Source: Leucoraja erinacea (Eukaryota). Taken from it: a DNA stretch of 64,000 nt. The notes under the pieces were generated by a model. The model was not told the DNA's origin and did not search any database. It was given only the letters and a program-made list of their open reading frames with translations. This document shows, piece after piece, positions 11,329-24,553 of this stretch. The stretch lies in NCBI RefSeq assembly GCF_028641065.1, contig NC_073378.1, positions 137,454,001-137,518,000 of the forward strand, given 5' to 3'. Within the stretch, counting starts at the first letter, position 1; each line of letters opens with the position of its first letter. Position numbers and translations under genes: made by a program.

Positions 11329-12445
11329 CTACACGCAGGAGCAGTGCAGGAAGGGCAGAGGACAAAGGGCAGAGGTGAGGGAACAATTTGCAAACAAGGT
11401 AGAGCAGGAGAAACAGCAAGCAGGAGAAGGACACAAACACCTGCCAGTCAGGGAAAGGAGCAACGTAGTTTGTGATCAACCCCACCCTAGCCCGGACCCC
11501 AACCCAGCTCTGACCCCTACATGACACCATCCCACCCCTGCCCTGACCCCATCCCAGTCCCTACCTGAACCCACCCCAGCCTCCACCCGACCTCAACCCA
11601 TCTCAGCCCTGACCCTGACCCAACCCCGACCCACCACAGCCATGAGCTCACCCCAACCGCTACCTGACCCCATCCCAACCCAGACCTGACCCTAGCCCAA
11701 TCCCAGCCCTGACCCAACCCCAGCCCACCACAGCCATGAGCTCACCCCAACCACTACCTGACCCCATCTCAACCCAGACCCAGCCCCGACCCCAGCCCAA
11801 TCCAACGCCAACCGGACCTCAGGACCCACCCACCTACTGCCTCACCCTGACCCCAGCCTAACCTGAGACCCGACCCCCACCTGACCTCAGGACCCCCACT
11901 CAGTACCCAGACTGACAGGGAACAAGTGATTGCACTCGAGCCCCTGACCCCAACCGACGCTGGACAGACTGACAGTGGATGCGAGCCTGTGGGAGGGGGT
12001 ACAGGGTGCAGATAGGGGTGGTTGGTGGGAGAAGGGAGGGTGGGGGTTGGGAGACAAGGATATGCAGGTAGACCAGGTTATGCCACACTAGGGCATGGTG
12101 CACAAGGACGGTGGCAAACGGGAGGGGTTGCACACTGTGGGTATTACACCTGGAGGTGGGTTGACCAAGTTAGGGAGACGGAGAGGGGTTGTCAAGGTTG
12201 TGCAGGGGAGAGGGAGGGTGGGGGGGGGGGGGGGGGGGGGGGGGGGGGTGGATCAGATTGGAGAGACGGAAGGATGCAGAGGTAGATTGGATTGTGCGGG
12301 GGGGGGGAAAGTTGGATCAGATTGGTGAATTGAGGTGGGAGGTGGTTAAGTTGCCCAAGTTGGGAAGAGCCATTAGTGGGAATCTTGGGTGCAGTTGCAG
12401 AAAGCCGGGGTTAGTTTTACACAGACTCTAATCTCCAGGACTCAC

Positions 12446-12535
12446 CAGCGAGTCTCCGGAGAGAACCTCGAGCAGCGAGATCAGGTTATGTCCATCGCGT
12501 AAATCTTCATAGAGATCATCGATACTGCGATGAGC
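12446..12535 (-). CDS. PLEC: Plectin exon 3 (CH1)
   Basis: ttctag|GCT...CTG|gtgagt; [30 protein letters not shown]; 90 nt. Confidence 0.98.
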
Positions 12536-12639
12536 CTAGAAAAAACGATGCAGTGTGAGCAATGGCCTAGACAGGACCAACAGCAAACCCAGCAACACAT
12601 ATAGAAATGTAATGCATCCCATCAAACCATATCAAACCA

Positions 12640-14040
12640 TATCCGACCAGATGCGGCCCGACCCGACCAAACCAGACCCAACCCAAACCAGACCCGACCG
12701 AACCAGACCCGACCGAACCAGACTCGACCGAACCAGACCCGACCGAACCAGACCCGAGAACCAGAACCAGAGACCGACCCCGACCCGAACCAGAACCCGA
12801 CCGAACCCGAACCCGACCAGAACCAGACCCGACCGAACCAGACCCGAACCAGACCCAGAACCAGAACCCGAAACCGAACCGAACCAGACCCGACCGAACC
12901 AGACCCGACCGAACCCAGACCCGACCGAACCAGACCCGACGATGAACCAGGAACGAACCAGGAACCCGACCGAACCAGGCCCGACCGAACCAGGCCCGAC
13001 CGAAACCAGAACCAGGAACCGAACCAGGCCCGACCGAACCAGGCCCGACCCGAACCACCCGGCCGAACCCGAACCAGGCCCGACCGAACCAGGCCCGAAC
13101 CAGACCGAACCGACCGAACCCGACCGAACCAGACCCGACCGAACCCAGACCGACCGAACCCAGACCCGACCGAACCAGACCCGACCGAACCAGACCCGAA
13201 CCGAACCAGACCCCGACCCGAACCAGACCCGAACCAGACCCGACCCGAACCCGACCCGACCGAACCAGACCCGAACCGAACCAGACCCGACCGAAATCAG
13301 ACCCGAACCGAACCAGACCCGACCGAACCAGACCCGACCGAACCAGACCCCGACCCGAACCAGGCCCGACCCGAACCAGGCCCGACCGAACCAGGCCCGA
13401 CCGAACCAGGCCCGACCGAACCAGAACCCGACCGAACCAGACCCGACCCGAACCAACCCGACCATCCGAACCAGAACCAGAACCAGACCGAACCAGACCC
13501 GACCGAACCAGACCCGACCGAACCAGACCCGACCGAACCAGACCCGACCGAACCAGACCCGAAACCGAACCAGACCCGACCCGACCAGACCCGACCGAAC
13601 CAGACCCGAACCGAACCAGACCCGACCGAACCCGACCCGACCGAACCGACCCGACCGAAACCAGACCCGACCCGAACCAGACCCGAACCCGAACCAGACC
13701 CGACCAAACCAGACCCAACCAGACCCGACCCAACTCAACCAGACCCGGACCAACTCAACCAGACCCGGACCAACTCAACCAGACCCGGACCAACTCAACC
13801 AGACCCGGACCAACTCAACCAGACCCGACCCAACCCGGCCCAACTAAACCAGACCCGGCCCAACCACATCATATCCGATTCAACCAAGCCAGACCCGACC
13901 AAACTCAAGCAGACCCGACCCAACCAAACCAAACCAGACCCGACCCGACCCAACCAGACCTGACCAAACCAGACCCAACCTCACCAAACCAATCCCAACC
14001 TGAACAATCCCAATCCAACCAACCAGACCCAACACAGCTC
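12640..14040. repeat. Pentamer-based satellite (ACCAG/ACCCG/ACCGA; 15-mer gacccgaccgaacca)
   Basis: 1.4 kb, nearly T-free on the plus strand, immediately 5' of the exon 3 acceptor. Confidence 0.95.
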
Positions 14041-14445
14041 AAGCAAAGCCAATCTCCTTGGACAGACCATTCTTGTGTGTATTTGGATGGAGGGTGTGAC
14101 TTCAGAAGGCAGGGGCAGAGTGACATCACGAGGAGGGACTGCCCTGCGGGGGTTGAAGAAATCCTGCTGGGAGGGGCAGTTTCTCCAGCCAGGAGGAGCA
14201 TGCGCACACACTGGTGAATGGCTGCCCTTGGGTGCCTGACCATGGGGCAGTAGCACCTGCCTCCCACTCTCCACCCCACAGCTCCCATGCCAAGGGCTGT
14301 CCAGTCACACAAGAGTAGTCTCATGCACCAGCAACACAACAGTGACATTATTACTTGCTGCAGCGTTACAGGCACTTTAAATGCAACAAATAAATATACA
14401 GTAATCAATAATACAATATATTATACCAGATAACCAGACTAGAGT

Positions 14446-15752
14446 ATTCTGAGGGGTAGGTTATACAGCCATCTAGATGGGCAAGGGCTGATTAGGGATA
14501 GTCAGCATGGCTTTGTACGTGGGAGGTCGTGTCTCACAAATCTGATTGATTTTTTTGAAGATGTGACCAAAAGGTTAATGAAGGCTGAGCTGGAGATGTT
14601 GTGTACATGGACCTCAGTAAGGCATTCAACAAGGTTCCACATGGTAGGCTGCTCTGGAAGGTTAGATTGCATGGGATCCAAGGAGAGATAGCTGAATGGA
14701 TAGCAAATTGGCTCCATGGAAAGAAGCAGAGTGATGGTGGAACGTTGCTACTGGGACTGGAGGCCTGTGACTAGTGGTATGCCACAGGGATCAGTGCAGG
14801 GCCCGTTGCTGTTTGTCAGCTACATCTATGATTTGGATGAGAACGTACAGGGCAAGATTAGCAAGTTTGCTGTTGATACAAATGTTTGTGGTTTTGCAGA
14901 TAGTGAAGATGGTTGTGAAAAATTGCAGCAGGATCTGGATCGATTGGCCAGGTGGGCTGAGGAATGGTTGATGGCATACAGGGAAATGTGAGGTGTTGCA
15001 TTTTGGGACGTCTAACATGGGCAAGACCTACACAGTGAATGGTTGGCCTCTGGGGAGTGTTGTGGAGCAGAGGGATCTTGGAGTACAGGTGCATGATTCC
15101 TTGAAGGTCGAGTCACAGGTAGATAAGGTGGTCAAAAAGGCTTTTGGCACTTTGGCCTTCATCAGTCAGAGTATTGAATATAGAAGTTGGGAGGTCATGT
15201 TGCAGTTGTATACAACGTTGGTGAGACCGCATTTAGAATATTGTGTTCAGTTCTAGGCACCATGTTATAGGAAAGATATTGTCAAGCTTGAAAGGGTTCA
15301 GAAAAGATTTACAACGATGTTGCCAGGACTAAAGGGTGTGAGCTATAGGAAGAGGTTGAGTAGGCTGGGTCTCTATTCCATGGAGCGTAGGCAGATGAGG
15401 AGAGATCTTATAAAATCATGAGAGGAATAGATCGGGTTGATGCACAGAGTCTCATGCCCAGAGTAGGGGAATCGAGGACCAGAGGACAGAGGTTCAAGGT
15501 GAAGGGGAAAAGATTTAATAGGAATCCGAGGGATAACTTTTTCGCACAGTGGGTGTATGGAACAAGCTGCCAGAGGAGGCAGTTGAGCCTGGGATTATCC
15601 CATCGTTTAAGAAGCAGTTAGACAGGTGCATGGATAGGACAGGTTTGGAGGGATATGGACCAAGCGCAGGCAGCTGGGACATTGTTGGCCAGTGTGGGCA
15701 AGTTGGACTGAAGGGCCTGTATCACTTGCCCACTGATACACTGTATCACTCT
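14446..15752 (+). mobile_element. CR1-family LINE (RT C-terminus + 3' UTR), degenerate
   Basis: SQHGF, WRPVTSGMPQGSV.GP, SKFAxDT, LVRPHLEYCVQF and RTRG.RFKVKGKRF motifs, followed by the 3' tail. Confidence 0.93.
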
Positions 15753-16494
15753 ATGACTATGACACTACTCTAAAAGGGCAAACCTACTATGTAGTGCAAC
15801 CTGAACAAAGTAGATCATTGCTGAGGTAGGGTGGTGATTAGTGATGTTGAAGGGTGGTTACTGGGAAGAAGCTGCGCTTGAACCTGGAGTCACTGATATC
15901 ATCAAAGATTCACAACACCCTGACCACGTTCTCATCTCGCTGCTACCGTCGAGAGAAAGCTACAGGAGTCAAAAACCATGACCTCCATGTTCAAGAGCGG
16001 ATTGTTCCCAACAACCATTAGAGTCTTCAACCACCCTGCACAACACAAACCAGCAGCGTACTAAGAGTGGGACAGGCCAAGTTTACGCAGTGCCCATGGC
16101 TGAGGACTGTATGGCCACTCCTGTCCCACTGCTGCCCCAAGCACCGGAGGCTCCAGAGCCAGAGAATACAGGCTGCATGCAGCAGGTCCGAGCACCGGGG
16201 GGAGGGTGTGGGAGTAGGGGCGGTGGGGAATGGGGGGGAGGGGGGGCGGAGGAGAGGAGAGAGGAGCGCGGGGATGGGGGGAGGGAGGCGCGGGGGTGGG
16301 GGTGAGGGGAGCGGAGCGCGCAGGGGTGGGATGATGGGCGGGGGGGGGAGAGAGCGTGAGCGTGGGGAGGAAACTGCACTAGGACCACCAGGGATTGGGA
16401 AGGTGGGTGGATGGGGTGTTCCGGGAACGTAAAGAAATGCTATAGCACGAGCAAAGCTGTATTAACAGACAGCAGCATGCAGAATAACACCTAC

Positions 16495-16509
16495 CTCAAC
16501 TCTCCAATG
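16495..16509 (-). CDS. PLEC: Plectin alternative micro-exon 2alpha (HWRVE)
   Basis: tttag|CAT TGG AGA GTT GAG|gtaggt; 15 nt, phase 0-0; mammalian 2alpha is HWRAE; long upstream polypyrimidine tract. Confidence 0.92.
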
Positions 16510-16964
16510 CTAAACCACACAGCAAGATCAGGAGCAAGGGCAAGGAGAGAGAAGGAGAGGTAGAGAGGGAGAAATAGGGTGATGGGAAGGCAGGCGGGAA
16601 GGAGAAAGAGAAAGAGAGACAGAGAGAGGAAGGAGGAGATTAATGGAAGATAGAAAGAGACAAGTTGATGGAGAAAGGGGGAAAGATGATGATGATGATG
16701 ATGAAAATGGTTAAGATAGTGAGGGATAGGGCATGAATAGGTAGGAAAATGGGGCAATGAGAGGGTGGCAATGAGAGGGTGGAAATGGGAAAGAAGTGGG
16801 GATGGAGAAGGGTGAGATGGAGAGAGGAAGAACAGAAAATTTAGTATTTGTTCAAAGGCAGGATGTATGGTGCTAACAGCTGACACAGTGAGCATGTTCG
16901 TGTGACACACGGCTCCCATGTGACACGCGGCTCCACCGAGACACCCGGCTCCACAAAAATGCCC

Positions 16965-18035
16965 CACCCGCCTGCGTTTGGCCCATAACTCACTAAACCT
17001 TTCCTATTCATGTATCTGTCCAAATGTCTTTTAAATGTTACTATTGTACCTTCCTCGACTACCTCCTCTGGCACCTCATTCCATACACCCACCACCCTGT
17101 GTGTGAAGAAGATAGCCGTTGGGTTCCTATTAAATCTTTTCCTTCTCATCTTAAACCTATGTCTTGATTCCCCTACTCTAACTTGTCTATTTGCTTCATG
17201 ATGATATATACCTTAATAAGATCACCCCTCAGCCTCCTCCGCTACAAGGAATAAAGTCCTAGCCTGCCCAATTTTTCCCTACAGCTCAGGCTCTCATGTC
17301 CTGGAAACATCTGCATAAATCATCTCAGCATCTTTCCGGCTGAATAGCATCTTTCCTACCACGGGGAAACTAAATCTGAACACAATGCTCCAAATGCAGC
17401 CTCCAGAACATGAAACATACAGTGGAACAGTACAGCAACAAGCCCTTCAGCCAACAATGTTGTGCCTAACACGAGACCAATTCTTACCTGTCTGAACATA
17501 ATCCATATCCCTCCAATCCCTGTGTATCCACTTGCCTAACCAAAATTCCACTATCATATCTGCCTCAATCACAACCCCTGGCAGCGTGTTCCAGGCACTC
17601 ACCACCCTCTGTGTAAAAAAAACGCACCTCACATCTCCTTTATACTTTGCCCTTCTCATCTTAAAGCTATGCTCTTTTGCATTTAATATATATCCATCCT
17701 GGGGAAATTGTTCTGAATGTCGAGACTCTCTATGCCTCTCATAATTGTACATACTTCTATTAGGTTTCCCCTCAGTCTCTACAATTACAGACAAAGCAAC
17801 CCAAGTCTGTCCATCCTCTCCCTGGTCCTAATACTCTCTAATCCAGAGGCATCATGCTGGTAAACCTTCTTTGCACTTTCTAAAACCTCTTCATCCTTCC
17901 TGTAATGAGGCCACTGGAACTGCATGCAATACTCCAAATGCAGCCTAACCTAAACCTATAAAGCTGCATTATGTCTTCCTGACTCTTACACTCAATGCCC
18001 AGACCCATGAAAGCAAGCATATCATATGCCTTTTA
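16965..18035 (-). mobile_element. Two adjacent degenerate CR1 LINE 3' fragments
   Basis: FFTHRVVGVWNEVPEEVVE and FFTQRVVSAWNTLPG motifs. Confidence 0.8.
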
Positions 18036-18558
18036 GTTTTATACAGTGTGAAAACAGGCCCTTCGGCCCACTGAGTCCACGCTAACCACCAATCACCCGT
18101 TCACGCTAGTTCTGTCCTACACACAAAGGACACATTATTCTAGAGAAGCCAATTAACCAACAAACCTGCACGTCTTTGGGAGGAAACCGGAGCACCCAGA
18201 GAAAACCCATGTGGTCACAGAGGGAATCTGCAAACTCCGTACAGCCTTCTTCTTTACCGCTTTGCCACATTCAGGGAGTTAGTGATTTAGACCACAAGAT
18301 GCAACTGTACATGAATGCTGTTGTATTTTCCTCATATTCAACCTCTCGAAGTGCAACACCTCACACTTGCTCAGATTCAACTCCATCTGCTGATCTATAT
18401 CCCGCTGTATACTTTGACATTATTAATCACAAGATTCCAGCAATCTTGGTGTCATCTGCAAATTTACTAACTGACCCATCTACTTTAACACCCAAGTCAT
18501 TTATATATATCACAAACAGCAGAGGTCCTCATTACAGATCCCTGCGGAACTCCATTGG

Positions 18559-20971
18559 CAGGGCTCGAAATTAATGACCACTGAAAGTGCCGCCGGGCAA
18601 CCTAAACGCCGAGTCATTTTGCCCGGTTTGGCACTGCAGACATTGGTTTATACCAAAGATAGACACAAAAAACTGGAGTAACTCCACGGGTCAGGCAGCA
18701 TCGGCGGCGGCTATATTGGCGTGGCAAAGATACTAGGTGCAGGGTGACGAAGGCTCGCAGCAGCGGCCAGGACAGCGGCACCACCTCCTCCTCCTCCCGT
18801 ACCTCGCCCGCGCTGATAGTGGCCGCTGCTTGCAAATCCGCTAACGGCGATAACTGCTTTCAAAACAAACCCTCTCGCATGCCGAGGCCGGGAGGATGGA
18901 GGGAGGGGAGGCCTCCTTCCGCCGTCTGAAGCAGCTGTATCAAAGATCCTATAGCTATAGGATCTTTGAGCTGCACCGCTCAGCCCCACGCCTTGATGTT
19001 GGCTGACGGAGGAGGGGAGGCGGTGGCGAGGATTGATTCCATCCTGCACTGCTCCCCTCCCATTCATCCTGTACTGATCCCCCATCCATCCTGAACTGAT
19101 CCCCCTCCCATTCATCCTGTACTGACCCACCCTCCATTTATCCTGCACCGATCCCCCCCATTCATCCTGTAGTAATCTCCCCATCCATCCTGTAGTGATC
19201 TCCCATTCACCCTGTAGTGTACTGCCCATTCATCCTGTCCTGATCCCCCATTCATCCTGTACTGACCCCCCCCCCCATTCATCCTGTATTCATCCTGTAC
19301 TGATCCCCTCAGTCATCCTGTAGTGATCCCCCATTCATCCTGTAGTGATCCCCCATTCATCCTGTAGTGATCCCCCCCCATTCCTCCTGCAGACCCTCCG
19401 ATCCACACTGTATTGACCACCCCCCCCAATTCAAGAAGAATGGGGGGGAAGAGTCTGAAGATCTCGACCCGAAACGTTGCCCATTTCCTTTGCTCCATAA
19501 ATGTTGCCTCACCCGCTAAGTTTCACCAGCATTTGTCTACCCCCATTCATCCTGTACTGTTCCCCCCCCATCCGTCCCATTCTGATCCCCCCATTCAAAA
19601 CCACTGGCATCCCCCATGCTCTCCCCTCACAATTTTACATACTCCAACCAACACGTACTAATTCACCTGCCTCAATCCATCCATTCCGCACCAATTGCCT
19701 TCTCAACCTCTCCCCTCCCCCCCCCACCACCATATATCCAACCCGCACCGATTCACACACCCCTCCCTGATTGTGCTGGAAATAGCTTCAGAGCGAACAT
19801 TGACTATGTTTGATAACGGAATGCAGTCAAATGTGTTTTAATTCCCAATGTTATTATTTGTTTTAATCCATAAAGATGGATTAATTATATTGTGAACACG
19901 TGAAACATTAAAACCGCAGTGTTTGATTGTCACTGCTGCCATTGACACGTTATTACAGAATTCATTTTAACGGCAAATCAATGTTCTTAATATGGAGTAT
20001 CAGTACTGTAGTTATTTAATGAGCAACGTTCACAACTATACGTTGGATTTATCCATGATTTACTTCTACAGTTGGTCATATACATCACATATTTGGTCAG
20101 GAGATATTTCAGTTGAAATTTTAACGTTAATTCTGAAGTGTGAATGATGGAAAAAGCATTTATCAATAATTTTTTTTTTAATCTGGTGCGTACAAACTGA
20201 GTATCTTCATTGCTGTTCACAACACTTACATCTAATCTGAATGTCCGGTAATGTGGCGTTTTGACACCTTTAAACATATTACCAAAAGAACATTTGCTGC
20301 AGTTATGTCCTTTGGCCATCTCTTGTCAGTTAGTGTAATGTTTAACCTGTCAGATGGGTATAGTTGGTTTTAACAACTATTATCATAAAATGCCTTTAGA
20401 AATGTCCTTGCAACCTTTATATTTTGTTGTGGATAAATTATGTGGGAAGCGAGAGTGTTTCTGTACCAATAGCAATAACGACCCATGCTATGGCCATGTT
20501 ATGGTAATTTTCGGTCCTTCACAGAAAACATGCTTGCATCAATCTGTAGTGTGCATGGTTAAGCATATATGTTATCAAGGTCCAGGATTTATTGACACAG
20601 GTTGATCATACGCTGAATAATCCAACCACATTTTTGTTTGGAAGTGGAAAGAACTAATAGAAATTGCATTCATTGCAATGTGTAAAAAGAGTTGATATAC
20701 TGTATTATAATTTTGCTGCATGTCATTGGGGTATATATATCATGTCTTGATTGGTGAATATGTTTAGTTTGTGACTTAATAATCAGAAATAATCCGTGAA
20801 TGCTTCATTGAGCATAATTCCGACTGGTAACTGCGCACTTCGTCCGAGCACATTATCGCACACATCATGCAAACCGTTTTAAATGACCACCTAAACTGTC
20901 ATTTGGCAACTTAATAAGCTGCCAAGGTTGCCCGGCTGACAACAGAGAAACAAAGTTAAGCGAGAGCCCTG
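18559..20971. mobile_element. hAT-like DNA transposon remnant with 5-bp TSD
   Basis: Ends CAGGGCTC...GAGCCCTG with subterminal GGCAAC/GTTGCC motifs; ATTGG duplicated at 18554-18558 and 20972-20976; AT-rich degenerate interior. Confidence 0.65.
19040..19390. repeat. ~22-bp minisatellite (cccccattcatcctgtagtgat)
   Basis: Tandem degenerate units inside the hAT-like element. Confidence 0.85.
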
Positions 20972-22054
20972 ATTGGTCTCTGCGTTTTATCAGTAAAGAC
21001 AATTCTGAATCACTGTTCATCCCCTGCATCTTAATGTAGATCAGCCAACCGTGGGGGAATTTATCTAATCCATGTAGACAGCATCCACTGCCCCACTCTC
21101 ATTGACGCAGGATATCATTAAACTGGAAAGGGTTCATAAATATCTACATGGATGTTGCTGGGCCTGGACGATTTGTTAAAAGGAGAGGTAGGTGCTGGGT
21201 AGGCTGGGACCTTTTGCCCTCGAGCGAAGGGGGCTGAGGGGTAATCTTGATTTGGCAACAGCTTTGATGACTTGCAGAGTGTTGTGAATGCAGCATTATC
21301 CATCACACAATTCAGCCTTCCCCCATCAACTCTATCTACACTTCAAGCTGCGGAAAGCAGTCAACATAATCAAGGACTACTCACACCCCGGTCATTCCCT
21401 CTTCTCGCCTCTCCCGTCGGCCAGAAGAGCTTGAAAGTGTGCACCACTAGATTCAGGAACAGTTTCTTCCCTGTCGTTCTCAGACTACTGACCAGAAGTT
21501 GATCTCTCAATCTAGCGTGTGCAGCCCTTGCAGCTGGAGCACTATATTCTGTATTCTATTTACATTACTTTTTGGCATTATCCAACATACTCGTGTATGG
21601 CATGATCTGACTGGATAGCAGAAAAATAAGTTTTACACTGTTCCTCAATACACGTGACAATGATTTTTAAAAAACAGGGTGGCACCCTGTCTCGTCCCTT
21701 CCTTCTTTGTTGTTTTATAGTACGTGTTAAATGTATGTTTTAGCGTTCTTTAGCTTGTTTTATGTGGGGGGGGTTGGGAGTAACTTTTTTTTTTAATCTC
21801 TTACCTCGACGGAGATCCGATTTTTTCCCGAATCGTATCTTCGTCCGCACTGTGGCCTAACATCGAGGAGTTGGCGGCCTCTTGCTGGAGACCGACTTCG
21901 GGAGCTCCAAACCACAGGAGCTTCGACCGCCCCGATCACGGGAGTTTCGATCGCCCCGACGCGGGGTTTTGATCGTTAGGCTGTGGGAGTTGCGATCGCG
22001 CCGACTACTTGTGGTTCAAACCCCCAACCCCGGGAGAATATAGTACAGAGGTAC

Positions 22055-22548
22055 AGAGTACAGAGGAGATTTACTAGAATGTTGCCTGGGTTTCAGCAAC
22101 TAAGTTACAGAGAAAGGTTGAACAAGTTAGGGCTTTATTCTTTGGAGCGCAGAAGGTTAAGGGGGGGACTTGATAGAGGTTTTTTAAAATGATGAGAGGG
22201 ATAGACAGAGTTGACGTGGAAAAGCTTTTCCCACTGAGAGTAGGGAAGATTCAAACAAGGGGACATGACATGAGAATTAAGGGACTGAAGTTTAGGGGTA
22301 ACATGAGGGGGAACTTCTTTACTCAGAGAGTGGTAGCTGTGTGGAATGAGCTTCCAGTGAAGGTGGTGGAGGCAGGTTCGTTTTTATCATTTAAAAATAA
22401 ATTGGATAGTTATATGGATGGGAAGGGAATGGAGGGTTATGGTCTGAGCGCAAGTATATGGGACTAGGGGAGATTATGTGTTCGGCATGGACTAGAAGGG
22501 TCGAGATGGCCTGTTTCCGTGCTGTAATTGTTATATGGTTATATGGTT
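22055..22548 (+). mobile_element. CR1 LINE 3' end with (GGTTATAT)n tail
   Basis: VQRRFTRMLPG...GNFFTQRVVAVWNELP; repeated tail at about 22530-22548. Confidence 0.9.
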
Positions 22549-22974
22549 AAAGTGGACTTTATTGCCTTCCACCACAGTGAGGAATCCGCTGTGGTGGATG
22601 TTTATGTTAAACATGGTGGATGTTTATGTTAACGTTTATGTAGTTGTGTGTCTTGTTGCTTTTTTTAAGTATGCTGCATGATAAATCGAATACTGCACCT
22701 AGTGGTACATGTGACATTAAGCTGACCTTTGAACCTTTGAAATCAATATCAATTAAGGTTTATCAAATCATGATGGTCATAGACAAAGTGAATAGCCAGT
22801 TTTTTTCCCCCATGGTACAGAAATCTAAAATTAGAGCATGTAGTTGACAGATTTTCCTATTAAAACTTTCCCTCTAACAAATCCAAGTCCTTTTGTGTGC
22901 GCAGAAGGGTCCCAACCCAAAATGTCACCTATTCCTTTTCTCCAGACATGCTGCCTGTCCCACTGAGATACTCC

Positions 22975-23980
22975 AGCTTTGTGTCTTCCATGCCCTTTAG
23001 ATCTTGATTCCTTGGGAAAGGGAATATACTCCTCTACAATGTCACCCCTCGTCCTCCTAGACTCCCCTCCTGCGCTTCAAGGAATAAAGTCGGGTCAAGG
23101 AAAGTGTTCACGTCGCCGCCCTGTTTCCACCAATCTTTCCATCACCGCACACAAGAAGCGACAAGACAGATACCATTGTATGCTCTGGCTGAACAACTAA
23201 TCTTGCGTGTGGACTCAATAAGAAGAAGGAATAAAGTCTTAACCTGCTCAACTTCTTCCTATAGCTCAGGCCCTCGAGTCCTGGCAACATCCTCGTAAAT
23301 CTTCCCTGTGCCATTTCCAGCTGGACAACATCTTTCCTATAACATGGTACCCTCACCAATATCTTATACAACCATAACATGTCCTCCCAACTTCTATACT
23401 CAATAGTCAGATGAAGGCCAATGTTGACCACCATATCTACCTGTAATGCCACTTTCAAGGAACGATGTACCTGCACTCCTCGATCCCTCTGCTCTACAAT
23501 ACTCTCCAGAGCCCTACCATTCACTGTGTAGGTCCTGCCTTCCAAAAATGCACCACCTCACATTTCTCTGCATTAAATTCCATCAATCTGGAATTAAACT
23601 CCATCAGCCCACCCGAGCAGGATACTGCTGCAATTTTGGACAACGGTCTTCACTATCTACAATACCACCCGTTTAGTGCCATCTGCAAACTTGCTAACCA
23701 TAGCATGTACGTTCCCATCCAAATCATTGGTAGAGATGACAAACAGTAACGGGCCAGGCACCAAACCCGAGGCACATCACTAGTCACAGGCTTCTAGTGT
23801 GAAAAACTAGAAACCTTCCACCATCATTCTCTGTTTCCTTCCATGAAGTAAAGTTTCGATCCATCCAGCTCTCTCTGATGTCATACAATTTAACCAGACC
23901 ACCCTACCATGCAGAGCCTTGTCAAATACCTTACTGAAATCTATATATACATCTACAGCTCTGTCCTAGTCAACCTTTTT
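22975..23980 (-). mobile_element. Degenerate CR1 LINE
   Basis: RTYTVNGRALESIVEQRD.GVQVH.SLKV...RFTRMLPGLEGLSYR. Confidence 0.82.
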
Positions 23981-24275
23981 GGTTATGAATTCTATCCATC
24001 TCCCTGGATGGCTCCCATGTGGGACCTTGCAACGGTTTCACTATAGTCATGTAGACGACATTGACTGCACCGCCCCCATAACTCCACTCCCTCCCTTCTT
24101 CAGTCTGGCATGGCCATTAGTCACGTTCCAAGGTCCCATCCCTGAACACAACCAGTTTGATTAAAGGTCCCTCCTGTAAAGATCACGCCATCAGCCGTGT
24201 TCCTCAGTTAGAGGGTTCTGGGACTGAACAAAAACAGTGTATAGTGTACGTGACCCATACCTCAGGCCAGGCCCA

Positions 24276-24306
<31 letters not shown>

Positions 24307-24553
24307 CCTCCCGACCTCATCCTTCCTCCCCACCACGCCGTCTCTCCTCCCAGCCCCCCATCCCTCCTGCCCACCCCCCATGCCCACTACTACATTACTT
24401 CTCCCCCACCACCGCTACCCCTCATGCAGCCCACAGACCACATCATTCCTCTGTCATCTACGCCTCATCCAGCGAGTTGCTCCCCACCCTCACTACTCCC
24501 TCACCCTGGTGTCTGTCTCTCTCCCCTCTATTCCACCCCCATCCATGACTCAC

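Noticed and set aside
12555-13847. 430-aa PNQTR-repeat ORF and its antisense ORFs
   Set aside because: Artefacts of a nearly T-free pentamer satellite.
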